Program-made: the position numbers and the translations under genes | Assembly: GCA_963790305.1 (NCBI GenBank) | Contig: CAWBOC010000009.1 | Location: forward strand, 864,001 to 928,000 | Source: an uncultured Gemmatimonadaceae bacterium | Lineage (GTDB): Bacteria; Gemmatimonadota; Gemmatimonadetes; Gemmatimonadales; Gemmatimonadaceae | Reading direction: 5' to 3' | Length of the DNA: 64,000 nucleotides | Shown: positions 50,274 through 59,260 of the stretch, piece after piece | Layout: every line of letters starts with the position of its first letter | Position numbering within the stretch: position 1 is the first letter of the stretch | Notes under the pieces: generated by a model | Databases searched by the model: none | What the model was told of the DNA's origin: nothing | What the model saw: the letters and a program-made list of their open reading frames with translations, nothing else

Positions 50274-50708
50274 CTACGCGTTGACGACGTTGGCGCTCGG
50301 TGGTGCGACGGACGCTACCACGGCCGCGAGGGGAATCGTCACTCCAATGCCTCGCTCCAGCTCGCTCAGCCGCTCCATGGCGCTGCGCGGATCGGCGTAC
50401 GGGATCTCGCGCGCGTCGAGCTGCGCGCGGAACTCGTCACTCCACGCCACGACGATGCGCGCGCGCTGTGCCGCGGAGCAGACGAACTGTTCATCGCGAG
50501 CATCGACGTAGACCACACCATTGAGACGCAAGTGGCGGCTCGATGACACGAGTGGATCGAGTACGCGATCCACCGCCTGCGGCGAGACGCCGCGTAAGAC
50601 GAGCATTACATATCCAACGGAGCTGGCACGGTAGGCAGCGGCCAGGAGCCCGGTGGGCAACGCTCCGGTGGATTCTGGTGCGATCTCGAGCACGGCGGCG
50701 ATCCGCAT
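50274..50708 (-). CDS. Hypothetical protein
   Basis: GAGG RBS, globular alpha/beta pattern, upstream sigma54 motif. Confidence 0.55.
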   Translation of the reverse strand: MRIAAVLEIAPESTGALPTGLLAAAYRASSVGYVMLVLRGVSPQAVDRVLDPLVSSSRHLRLNGVVYVDARDEQFVCSAAQRARIVVAWSDEFRAQLDAREIPYADPRSAMERLSELERGIGVTIPLAAVVASVAPPSANVVNA

Positions 50709-50759
50709 ACATTTCCTCGGGACTCGTTTGAGCAAAGCAGCTTCAGCGGCTCGCGAGGG

Positions 50760-50775
50760 GGCAATCGATATGCCA
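50760..50775 (-). promoter_or_regulatory. Sigma54 -24/-12 promoter
   Basis: TGGCATATCGATTGCC. Confidence 0.65.
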
Positions 50776-51285
50776 GGTACGGCCCCTCTCTCACGCGCGA
50801 ATTAGTACATTGAATGCGCGTACCCGCCCGGAACTGGAGAGCGGGCCTCACGAGCGGCGCTCGTGCGGCGCCTGCTCCACACAATCGTGGGAGGTGACCC
50901 ACATCGCGACGGTTCTCGTGGCGCGACGGACTGGATTCTCCTTTCCATCTGTGGGCGAGCTGTGCGCGAAGCTCCCCCCGGCGCGCACGCGGCGACCCGC
51001 GTGAGACCGCGAACGTGATGCGATCGACTGGAACACGCCTGCGCCACATGCTCCAGGCGCCTGACGATCTGCATATGGCCTGTTGCGTGAGTGATCGCGA
51101 TTGTGGGACGGCCTCGCAAAGTGTAGCGAATGCGCCACACGGTAGCGCTGGTCGCTCGTGGGGAAGGTAGAAGTCAACTCGTTGTCGCTCAGCGACTTCT
51201 CAAGCATTAACGGGTGGATGCCGTGCACCGCCCGCCTCTTGCAAGAGTGCCGCGCGTCCTAATTTCCGACGTTCAGGAGGTTCGC

Positions 51286-53291
51286 TTGGCGAGTCCGCGT
51301 CCTACTCACATTCTCGGCATTTCCGCTTTCTATCACGATAGCGCAGCCTGCTTGCTGCGAGACGGCGAGATCGTCGCCGCTGGGCAGGAGGAGCGCTTTA
51401 CGCGTAAGAAAGGCGACGCCGATTTTCCCGCCAACGCGGTTCGCTACTGCCTGTCGGCGGCCGGCATTGGTCTCGAAGACGTCGACCATGTCGGCTTCTA
51501 CGACAAGCCGCTGCTCAAGTTCGAGCGGATTCTCGAGACGTACCTCGGTGTCGCCCCGCGCGGATTCAGCTCGTTCCTCAAGGCGGGACCGCTGTGGGTA
51601 AAGGAAAAGCTCTTCACCGACCGGCAGCTTCGTGACGCACTCGGCGGGTATAAGGGGGACCTTCTGTACGCCGAGCATCACGAGTCGCACGCGGCGAGCG
51701 CTTTCTTCCCCAGCCCGTTCCAGGAGGCGGCCGTCCTCACCATGGATGGTGTCGGCGAGTGGGCCACAGCCTCCTATGGCGTTGGACGCGGCAACGAGCT
51801 GCAGCTCCTCAAGGAGCTTCGCTGGCCCGATTCGCTCGGACTTCTGTACTCCGCGTTCACCTATTACACCGGCTTCAAGGTGAATTCGGGCGAGTACAAG
51901 GTGATGGGCCTCGCCCCATATGGAACGCCGAAGTACGTGGACCTCATCTTTCGCGAGCTGGTGAATCTGCGCGAGGATGGCTCGTTCACGCTCAACCAGA
52001 AGTACTTCAACTATCTCTCCGGCCTCACGATGACCAATGAGGCGTTCAACGAGCTCTTCGGCGGTCCGCCGCGTGAGCCGGAGACGAAGCTGACGCAAAA
52101 GGAGATGGACCTCGCCCGGTCGGTCCAGGTCGTTTGCGAAGAGATCATGCTGCGCATGGCACGCACGGTCCATCGCGAAACCGGCATGGAGAATCTCTGT
52201 CTCGCGGGTGGAGTCGCTCTCAACTGCGTCGGCAACGGTCGGATTCTCCGCGAAGGGCCGTTCAAGCAGCTGTGGATCCAGCCCGCCGCCGGTGATGCGG
52301 GCGGTGCGTTAGGTGTGGCACAGCTGATTTGGCACCGCCATCTCGAAGAAGCCTCGCACCGTCGCCAGCCCCGCTCCGTTCGCGGCAGTGGGCGCGGGGT
52401 CGAACGGCAATGGAGGAAGACCCGCGGCGCCTCGTGGTGTCGTGGAACCAGACTATGCATCGACCGGTGGCGCCGCCGTCGCCGTAGCGACCACGCCCGC
52501 GAGGACGAGCGTCCTCGCAGCCGCGACATCCCACGCGCCTGACGGGATGCGGGGAGCCTACCTCGGCCCCGAGTTCTCGCCGGATGAGATCGAGAAGTTC
52601 CTGACGTCGATCGGGGCTCCCTATCACCGTCTCGACCGCGCAGCGCTGGTGGATCGGATTGCCGATCTGCTGGCGGACGACAAGGTGCTCGGCTTCTTCA
52701 ATGGGCGCATGGAGTTTGGTCCGCGCGCCCTCGGTGCCCGGAGCATCATCGGCGACGCGCGCAGCTCGCGCATGCAGGCGCAGATGAACCTCAAGATCAA
52801 GTTCCGCGAGAGCTTCCGACCGTTCGCTCCGAGCGTGCTGCGCGAGCGAGTCGCGGATTACTTCGAGATGGATTGCGATTCGCCGTACATGCTCCTGGTC
52901 GGTCCGGTGAAGGAGGAGCGTCAAATTCCCGATGAGCGACGCCCAGCAGCAGCTCTGGGGGATCGAGCAGCTGAACGTCGTGCGCTCGGACATTCCCGCC
53001 ATCACGCACATCGACTATTCGGCGCGCGTGCAGACAGTGAGCCGTGATACGAATCCCAACTACTACGACGTGATCAAGGCGTTCGAGCAGCGCACCGGAT
53101 GCGCCGTGATCGTGAATACGTCGTTCAACGTTCGTGGCGAGCCCATCGTGTGCACGCCTGAGGACGCGTACCGCTGCTTCATGCGGACGCACATTGATCA
53201 CCTGGTGCTGTGGCCGTTCCTGCTGGACAAGACGGCGCAGCCGACGTGGAAGGAGACGAGCGATTGGCGCACGGAATTCCAGCTCGATTGA
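51286..53291 (+). CDS. O-carbamoyltransferase (NodU/CmcH/SxtI family); two +1 frameshifts (near 52344 and 52930)
   Basis: ILGISAFYHDSAA, EHHESHAAS, DGVGE, GEYKVMGL, GGVALNC, GDAGGA, EFGPRALG, FRPFAP, NTSFN; CAGGAGG RBS before TTG. Confidence 0.92.
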
Positions 53292-53662
53292 GCCCTGCTG
53301 AGGGCCGCAAGTTCGCCCTCACCGTGGGAGCGGCCTTTGTCGCGCTCGCGGGATTTACGTGGTGGAGAGGTCACCAGAAGGTCGCGACAGTGGCCGGCGC
53401 GCTCGGCACGGCGTTCCTGCTCGCGGGGCTCATCGCCCCGGGCCAGCTGGGCCTCATCTATCGCGGGTGGATGGCGTTCGGCCTGGCGCTCTCGAAGATC
53501 ACGACGCCGATCTTCATGGGTATCGTGTACTTCGTGGTGATTACGCCGATGGGTATTCTCCGTCGGGCGATCGGGCGCAACGCGCTGATCGCGCGCGGAA
53601 CGACGACGGTTTGGGCGACGCGTGACCTCCAGGCGTCCAGTGATCTCAACAGACAGTTTTGA
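53264..53662 (+). CDS. SxtJ family membrane protein
   Basis: GRKFALTVG, YRGWMAFG, YFVVITPMG, ends QF; overlaps the carbamoyltransferase stop. Confidence 0.85.
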   Translation: MAHGIPARLSPAEGRKFALTVGAAFVALAGFTWWRGHQKVATVAGALGTAFLLAGLIAPGQLGLIYRGWMAFGLALSKITTPIFMGIVYFVVITPMGILRRAIGRNALIARGTTTVWATRDLQASSDLNRQF

Positions 53663-53677
53663 ACTCGAGGAGATTCC

Positions 53678-53839
53678 ATGAGCCAGTCGAGCAATTTGGT
53701 AAGTGAGCTGTGGGCGTTCATGCGAGAGCGAAAGAAGTTCTGGTTGCTGCCGATCCTCGTGGTACTCTTCCTCGTCGGCTCGCTCCTGGTCTTCGCGCAG
53801 GGCTCAGCGCTCGCGCCCTTCATCTACACGATTTTCTAG
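53678..53839 (+). CDS. SxtK/DUF5989-like small membrane protein (53 aa)
   Basis: Not in the track; MSQSSNLVSELWAFMRERKKFWLLPILVVLFLVGSLLVFAQGSALAPFIYTIF; GAGGAG RBS. Confidence 0.9.
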   Translation: MSQSSNLVSELWAFMRERKKFWLLPILVVLFLVGSLLVFAQGSALAPFIYTIF

Positions 53840-53847
53840 GAAAGTCG

Positions 53848-53873
53848 GGAGCGGATGCGATCGCATCCGCTCC
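53848..53873. other. Perfect 26-bp palindrome/hairpin after the SxtK-like gene
   Basis: GGAGCGGATGCGATCGCATCCGCTCC; no U-tract. Confidence 0.7.
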
Positions 53874-53919
53874 GGCTTCCCCGGCGTAGATCCGCGGCAG
53901 TCCCCCACCCTCCACCCCG

Positions 53920-54948
53920 GTGGCGACTGCGGTGCGCACGCTCCTGCGACGAGTGCTGAGCCTGTTCGGTGTGGTTGTCTACCACACCGGCCTCGCTCCG
54001 CTCGTCATGTGGCTCAACCGCCGGACGCCGAAAGTCCTGCTCTATCACGCGTGTGAGCCCGCCGAGTCGGACTTTGTCGGGGGCTTGAACTCGAATACGA
54101 CACCCGACGTATTCGCGGGGCAGCTCGATTTCCTGCAGGAGCGCTACCAGGTGATTCCTCTAGCGCTGCTGGAGGAGGGGCCGATCCCCGACCGCGCGGT
54201 CGTGATCACCTTCGATGATGGATACCGCTCCGTGTACGAGGCGGCGTATCCCCTGTTGAGCGCGCGAGGCATGCCGGCGACGGTCTATCTGGTGACGTCC
54301 GCGGTCGACAATTCCGTCCTCGTCTGGGTGAACGCGCTGAACTGGCTGCTGCATCGTCACCCGGCGATCTGCGCCCCGATCGCGCATCGCCTCCTTCGCA
54401 CGCCGGTCGCGTTCCGCTCCGCGCGGGAGCACGTGTTGCACGCGCAGGCGCATTACGATGCGGCGCTAATCGAGACCGCCCTCGCTGAAATGTGGCAGGC
54501 AGCAGGGATCGACCCCGCCGCATTCGCCACCGAGGCCGGTCTATATCTCACGACCGCGCAGATCCGCGAGCTGACACTGAAGGGGTGGTCCTTCGGCAGT
54601 CACACCGCTCGGCACCCCAACCTCCGCTGCCTCGACGAGCCGGAGCGGCGCGCCGAGTTGGAGACAGCATTTCGATTCGTTGCGGGGATCAGCGGCCGAC
54701 CGTCCCTGTCGTACCCCTTCGGCGAATTCGATACTGACACGCGCCGCCTCGCCGTCTCCCTCGGCCATCGCACGATAATGCAGGTGGGTGGCGTGAATCG
54801 CCCGCTCCAACTCTCAGCCGTCGCTCGGATCCCAGTGACCGCTGAATCCCGAGCAGCGTTCTTCGCGGAGATGGAAATCGTGACCCCAGTTCTGGCGTGG
54901 GCCAGGCGACTTACCGAGCGAAATCGATACTCCGTCGCAACCGACTAA
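53920..54948 (+). CDS. Polysaccharide deacetylase (NodB/CE4)
   Basis: LLYH, ITFDDGY, GSHTARH, SYPFG. Confidence 0.9.
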   Translation: MATAVRTLLRRVLSLFGVVVYHTGLAPLVMWLNRRTPKVLLYHACEPAESDFVGGLNSNTTPDVFAGQLDFLQERYQVIPLALLEEGPIPDRAVVITFDDGYRSVYEAAYPLLSARGMPATVYLVTSAVDNSVLVWVNALNWLLHRHPAICAPIAHRLLRTPVAFRSAREHVLHAQAHYDAALIETALAEMWQAAGIDPAAFATEAGLYLTTAQIRELTLKGWSFGSHTARHPNLRCLDEPERRAELETAFRFVAGISGRPSLSYPFGEFDTDTRRLAVSLGHRTIMQVGGVNRPLQLSAVARIPVTAESRAAFFAEMEIVTPVLAWARRLTERNRYSVATD

Positions 54949-54969
54949 CCTGTCTCTCGCCTGGAGCGA

Positions 54970-56139
54970 TTGATGGCGTCGACCCGAGGCAATATCGCGC
55001 TGCTTGTGCTGTCCACGGTTCTCTCGATCGTTGCGGTCGAGGCGATCCTGCGTGCGGTGGCGCCGATCGCGGATCCGTACAAGCTGAACAAGCGGCGACC
55101 GAACGTCGTTCAGACATACCTCCGGTCATCGTTTCCTCCGAACATGCGGGTTCAGTTGTCGACCGAGGAGGGGCTGCCGGGGATGGACGGCAGAGCGACC
55201 ACGTTCTCGACGAATAACGTGGGACTCCGGGGCGACAGCCTGCCAATGCCGAAACCGGACGATGAGCTACGTGTCTTCGTCGTCGGCGGCAGCACGACGG
55301 AAACTCTGTACCTCGATGACCGGCAGGCGTTGACGCGCGTATTACAGAATCGCCTGGACACGATCGTCTCCGGGATGCGGGTCAAGGTCTACGGCGCCGG
55401 GAAATCGGGCGCGAGGAGCTACGACCACATCGAGATGATCGCGCACCGACTCGTCCATCTCGAGCCGGACGTGCTCATCGTGTTTGCCGGCATCAACGAC
55501 CTGCGCGCCGCGATGTACGGCCGGGATTTTCTCATGCTGCCTCCTGCGTTCGGCGCGCCGGACACGGAGTGGTCGCTGATGCAGTTTCTGCGCTTCGCGA
55601 TGACCGAGTTTCAACTGGGACGTCGTCTCTTCTCGCTGCTGAAGCCAGACGAGTATCGCGATGCCGTCGAACAGATCACGCTCCGGAGCAACTTCCGTCG
55701 GTCTGTCAGGATGCGAGAGGCGCTTCCCGTGAGCGCGAGCCCACCCAGGACCGACGTGGCACGATACCGGGACAACATGAGATCAATCGTCGGGATCGCG
55801 AGGTCGCACGGCATCGATCTCGTTTTCCTGACGCAGGCCACGACGTGGAACAGCCGCGTGGACTCGGCGATCGCAAAGTGGCACTGGATGACGGGCGGCC
55901 CGGACAGCGCATACCGCGAAGAGGCGCTCGATCGTGCGATGGAAGCGTATAACGATGCAGTCCGCGCCGTCGCCGCCGAGTTCGACGTCCCCCTCTTCGA
56001 CCTCGCGCGCCTACTGCCGAAGTCGGGGGAATACTTCTACGACAATGTTCATTTCAATCCACGGGGCGCCGAGACCGTCGGTGCGAGGTTGGCATCGTTC
56101 GTGTCGGAGAACACGCGGTTGAAGAAGGTGTTGCGTTAG
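54970..56139 (+). CDS. Membrane-anchored SGNH/GDSL protein
   Basis: N-terminal TM; GGST, GKSG, GIND, DNVH blocks. Confidence 0.88.
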   Translation: MMASTRGNIALLVLSTVLSIVAVEAILRAVAPIADPYKLNKRRPNVVQTYLRSSFPPNMRVQLSTEEGLPGMDGRATTFSTNNVGLRGDSLPMPKPDDELRVFVVGGSTTETLYLDDRQALTRVLQNRLDTIVSGMRVKVYGAGKSGARSYDHIEMIAHRLVHLEPDVLIVFAGINDLRAAMYGRDFLMLPPAFGAPDTEWSLMQFLRFAMTEFQLGRRLFSLLKPDEYRDAVEQITLRSNFRRSVRMREALPVSASPPRTDVARYRDNMRSIVGIARSHGIDLVFLTQATTWNSRVDSAIAKWHWMTGGPDSAYREEALDRAMEAYNDAVRAVAAEFDVPLFDLARLLPKSGEYFYDNVHFNPRGAETVGARLASFVSENTRLKKVLR

Positions 56140-56386
56140 CTGCAAGCCCGCTTCGCATTTGCCCACCCCGGTCGACTTTTTTCCGGTTGGCGGAGGTGTG
56201 GAGTCGCTGCAACACACGGCAGGGTCCGAGCAGATTCCACGAGGGCGAGCGCACTCCTATCTCTTTATGAGGAAGTGGTTTAGCCATGGGAGCAGCACCT
56301 CGACGCGTCTGTCCAAGTTCTTGCAATCGTGGATGCCGCCTCAGGGTCACCACTCATTCACGACCAGTGTCAAGTAAAGACTACCA

Positions 56387-57466
56387 ATGCAGCAGCTAGT
56401 GGAGCCTCGCGACGCGTCGCGGGCGCCGATGCACGAGCGCTTCCCCACACTCGACTGGCCCAGGGGCGAGACCCGACCCTTCCAGTCGCGCGCGTGGCTG
56501 CGGCACTGGGTCGAGCACCGCGGTGCCGGGCTGGAGTCCTTTCCGATTGTGGTGGACGGCGGCGCCACCGTCGCGCCGTTTGGACGGCTTCGAGTTGCTG
56601 GCCTGCGTGTTCTCCGGTTGCTTGGCAGCGGTGACTCTGACTTCAACGGCCTCATCTCCACGCACGGTGCGGACGCTGCGTGGGACAGCGTGGTCGCGGA
56701 ATTGGCGCGACGCCGGCGCGAGTGGGATCTCCTTCACCTTCATTCGGTAGCCGAGCGCGACGCGATCTTACCGGCACTCGAGCGGCATTTGGGCCGCTCG
56801 GGGGCGGCGCGGCTCTACGAAGCCTGCCCGTTCATCCGTCTTGCAGGCACGTGGGGCCAGTTCATTGGCGCGCGCAAAAGGCTGCGTGGCGAAGTGGGAC
56901 GGTGGACCCGGCGGCTCGAGGAAATGGGGCCACTCACCCTCCGCTCGGTAAAGGCGCCGGTCCCGCAGGAAGTACTCGACGTCATCGTGGAAATCGAGCG
57001 GGATTCGTGGAAGTGGGAGCACGGCAATGCCGCATTCAAGCCGGGCAGTCAACGCGATTTCCTGTTTGCGGTACTGCGGGACGCCGAAGCACCCGCACGT
57101 GTGTGGACTCTCAGCGTAGGCGATCGCGTTGCCGCTTTCGGGATTGTGCTCGAGGGCGCAACGCGCTGGTGTTTTTACCTCGCCGCGTATCGTCAGGAGT
57201 TCAAGAACGCCGGGTCGATGCTGCTCGCGCGTCTGGTCGAGGCGGCGCACGACGCCGGCTGTACATCGTTCTCGCTCCTGCGGGGGGATCTGCACTACAA
57301 ATACGATTGGGCGAACGAAAGCGAAGATGTCTACGAGATTGTGTGCGCTTCCAACCCACTCGGTCAGCTGGGTGCCCTGGCCTACCAGGCGCGTTGGCGC
57401 GCTGCCACTTCCCCGCTGATTCGGCGCGTGCGCTCCGTTCTCTTCAGGGCCGGGGACCGGCGGTGA
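56387..57466 (+). CDS. GNAT family protein (CelD/BcsL-like)
   Basis: DFNGLI, WDLLHL, SWK, GSMLL, LRGDLHYKYDW. Confidence 0.85.
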   Translation: MQQLVEPRDASRAPMHERFPTLDWPRGETRPFQSRAWLRHWVEHRGAGLESFPIVVDGGATVAPFGRLRVAGLRVLRLLGSGDSDFNGLISTHGADAAWDSVVAELARRRREWDLLHLHSVAERDAILPALERHLGRSGAARLYEACPFIRLAGTWGQFIGARKRLRGEVGRWTRRLEEMGPLTLRSVKAPVPQEVLDVIVEIERDSWKWEHGNAAFKPGSQRDFLFAVLRDAEAPARVWTLSVGDRVAAFGIVLEGATRWCFYLAAYRQEFKNAGSMLLARLVEAAHDAGCTSFSLLRGDLHYKYDWANESEDVYEIVCASNPLGQLGALAYQARWRAATSPLIRRVRSVLFRAGDRR

Positions 57467-57512
57467 AATTGTTTCCCTCGGTGAGCGCCACGACTCGGCC
57501 TGCGCGCACCGC

Positions 57513-58142
57513 TTGATGCTTCGCCATTTGCAGGAGGCGCGCGCGCGCGCCAAAGAACACGGCTGGGGTCCCGTCATGATTCTGATCAAACAGGCGCTCC
57601 GCGAGCGGATGACCAATCCGTGGCATCTGATGTATTGGATTCCGACGACAGAGGTGAACCTGGTCCCTTTGCCGTCGAACGGATCATTCATGGTGATTAC
57701 CGATCCGGTGCGTGAATTGAGTCCCGCGCAGCGCAAGGTTCTCATCGACGCGCTCGGACCGCGCTCGGACAAACAAGCCGAAGAGCGATTGGCCAGCGGA
57801 GCGCTCCTTCACGTCCTTTTTGTCAATGAGATGGTGGCGGGTACCCTCTTCACCGTTTCCGGTGCAGCACGTCGTTTCCAGCACATGGTCCTGACCAATG
57901 GCGACAGCATGGTACTCGACGCGCGCATCGTACCCGCATTCAGGGGGCGCGGCCTGTACCCTGTTCTGCTCGCGCACGCAGCCGACGCCCTGCGAGCTCA
58001 CGGACAAGACCGTCTCTACATCGACACCCTGGAAACCAACACAGCTTCGCTGCGAGCGTATGCCAAGGTCGGCTTCCGCTTTCTGACACGATATCGCATG
58101 TCGTGGCGTCGGCATTACCGTTTCGCCGAGGCACCGCTGTGA
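57513..58142 (+). CDS. GNAT N-acetyltransferase
   Basis: PAFRGRGLY, NTASLRAYAKVGF. Confidence 0.8.
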   Translation: MMLRHLQEARARAKEHGWGPVMILIKQALRERMTNPWHLMYWIPTTEVNLVPLPSNGSFMVITDPVRELSPAQRKVLIDALGPRSDKQAEERLASGALLHVLFVNEMVAGTLFTVSGAARRFQHMVLTNGDSMVLDARIVPAFRGRGLYPVLLAHAADALRAHGQDRLYIDTLETNTASLRAYAKVGFRFLTRYRMSWRRHYRFAEAPL

Positions 58143-59248
58143 TCAGAATGCGCGAGCCTTTGCGTGTTTGTCACTTCGTATCAGGCGATGCGTGGGGCGG
58201 ACTGGAAGCCATGGCGTTGAGTCTCGTGCGCGCCCAGCACGCCGATCCGGCGTACGAGGTCAGTCTCATCGCGCTCAACAATGGACGCTTGTATCGGGAA
58301 GCAATGGCGGAAGGCATCGCCGTGCACTTGCTGCCGGAGCGCGAGCTGAATGCGTGGCAGCTCGTTCGTGGACTTCGACGAGTCCTGACCTCGTTGCGAG
58401 CGCAGGTGCTTCACACGCACCGGTACAAGGAGAACTTCTTTTCGTACCTGGTTGCGCCCGGACTCGGGATTCGGCCGGTCGTTACCCTGCACGGGTACGG
58501 GCCGAGCTCCTTCACACCGGCAGGAATAAAAACCTTCGTCAGGGATTTTATTTCCTTTCGCCTCGCTCGGCGCGCTCGCGCGCAATTCGTCGCCGTGTCT
58601 CGCGATCTCCAACGCCTCTACCGTCCCAAGGACGACGACTGCGTCACAATTCCGAACGGTGTTGCCGCACCCGCCGGGTCATCTCGTCAGGGAAAGAATG
58701 GTGACCGGCCACTCGTCATTGGCTGGGTGGGACGGCTGGTTCCCATCAAGTCGGTCGGGACGCTCTTGGAAGCGCTCACGCACATGGGTGCGGATAGCGG
58801 GCAGCCGACCGTACTCCTGGTTGGTGATGGCCCCGAGCGCGCAGCGCTTGCCGAGCACGCGAAGCGCCTGGGGATCCAGAGTCGAGTTCAGTTTACGGGC
58901 TACGTCGAAGATCTCTCGCCGTTCCTTGCCCGCATGGATGTATTCGCCCTGCCTTCCCTACATGAGGGCGCGCCAATGGCGCTGTTGGAAGCCATGGCCG
59001 CCGGGGTGCCTGGGGTGGCAGCCCGGGTAGGCGGAATCCCGGAAATGATCGGCGAAAGCGGAGCAGCATGTCTGGTTGAGGGGCATGATCCGGTCGTGTG
59101 GGCGCGTGCAATAGAGGGCATTCTCGCTGATCGAGCGGCCACCGATGAGATGGTCAATCGCGCGCGCCGGCTCGTATCCGAGCGCTTTTCAGTCGACGCG
59201 ATGCACACCAGGTACGGCGAGCTGTATCACGCGATCATTACGCGTTGA
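58139..59248 (+). CDS. GT4 glycosyltransferase
   Basis: GGLE, VGRLVPIK, VGDGPER, EGAPMALLEA. Confidence 0.92.
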   Translation: MIRMREPLRVCHFVSGDAWGGLEAMALSLVRAQHADPAYEVSLIALNNGRLYREAMAEGIAVHLLPERELNAWQLVRGLRRVLTSLRAQVLHTHRYKENFFSYLVAPGLGIRPVVTLHGYGPSSFTPAGIKTFVRDFISFRLARRARAQFVAVSRDLQRLYRPKDDDCVTIPNGVAAPAGSSRQGKNGDRPLVIGWVGRLVPIKSVGTLLEALTHMGADSGQPTVLLVGDGPERAALAEHAKRLGIQSRVQFTGYVEDLSPFLARMDVFALPSLHEGAPMALLEAMAAGVPGVAARVGGIPEMIGESGAACLVEGHDPVVWARAIEGILADRAATDEMVNRARRLVSERFSVDAMHTRYGELYHAIITR

Positions 59249-59260
59249 ACCGTTAGGTGG

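Noticed and set aside
50802..51228. Short ORFs in the divergent intergenic region
   Set aside because: No motif or clear RBS; the region holds regulatory boxes instead.
51286..56139. Saxitoxin biosynthesis cluster
   Set aside because: Only SxtI/J/K/L-like families are present. There are no sxtA/G/B-type core genes, and the context is polysaccharide biosynthesis.
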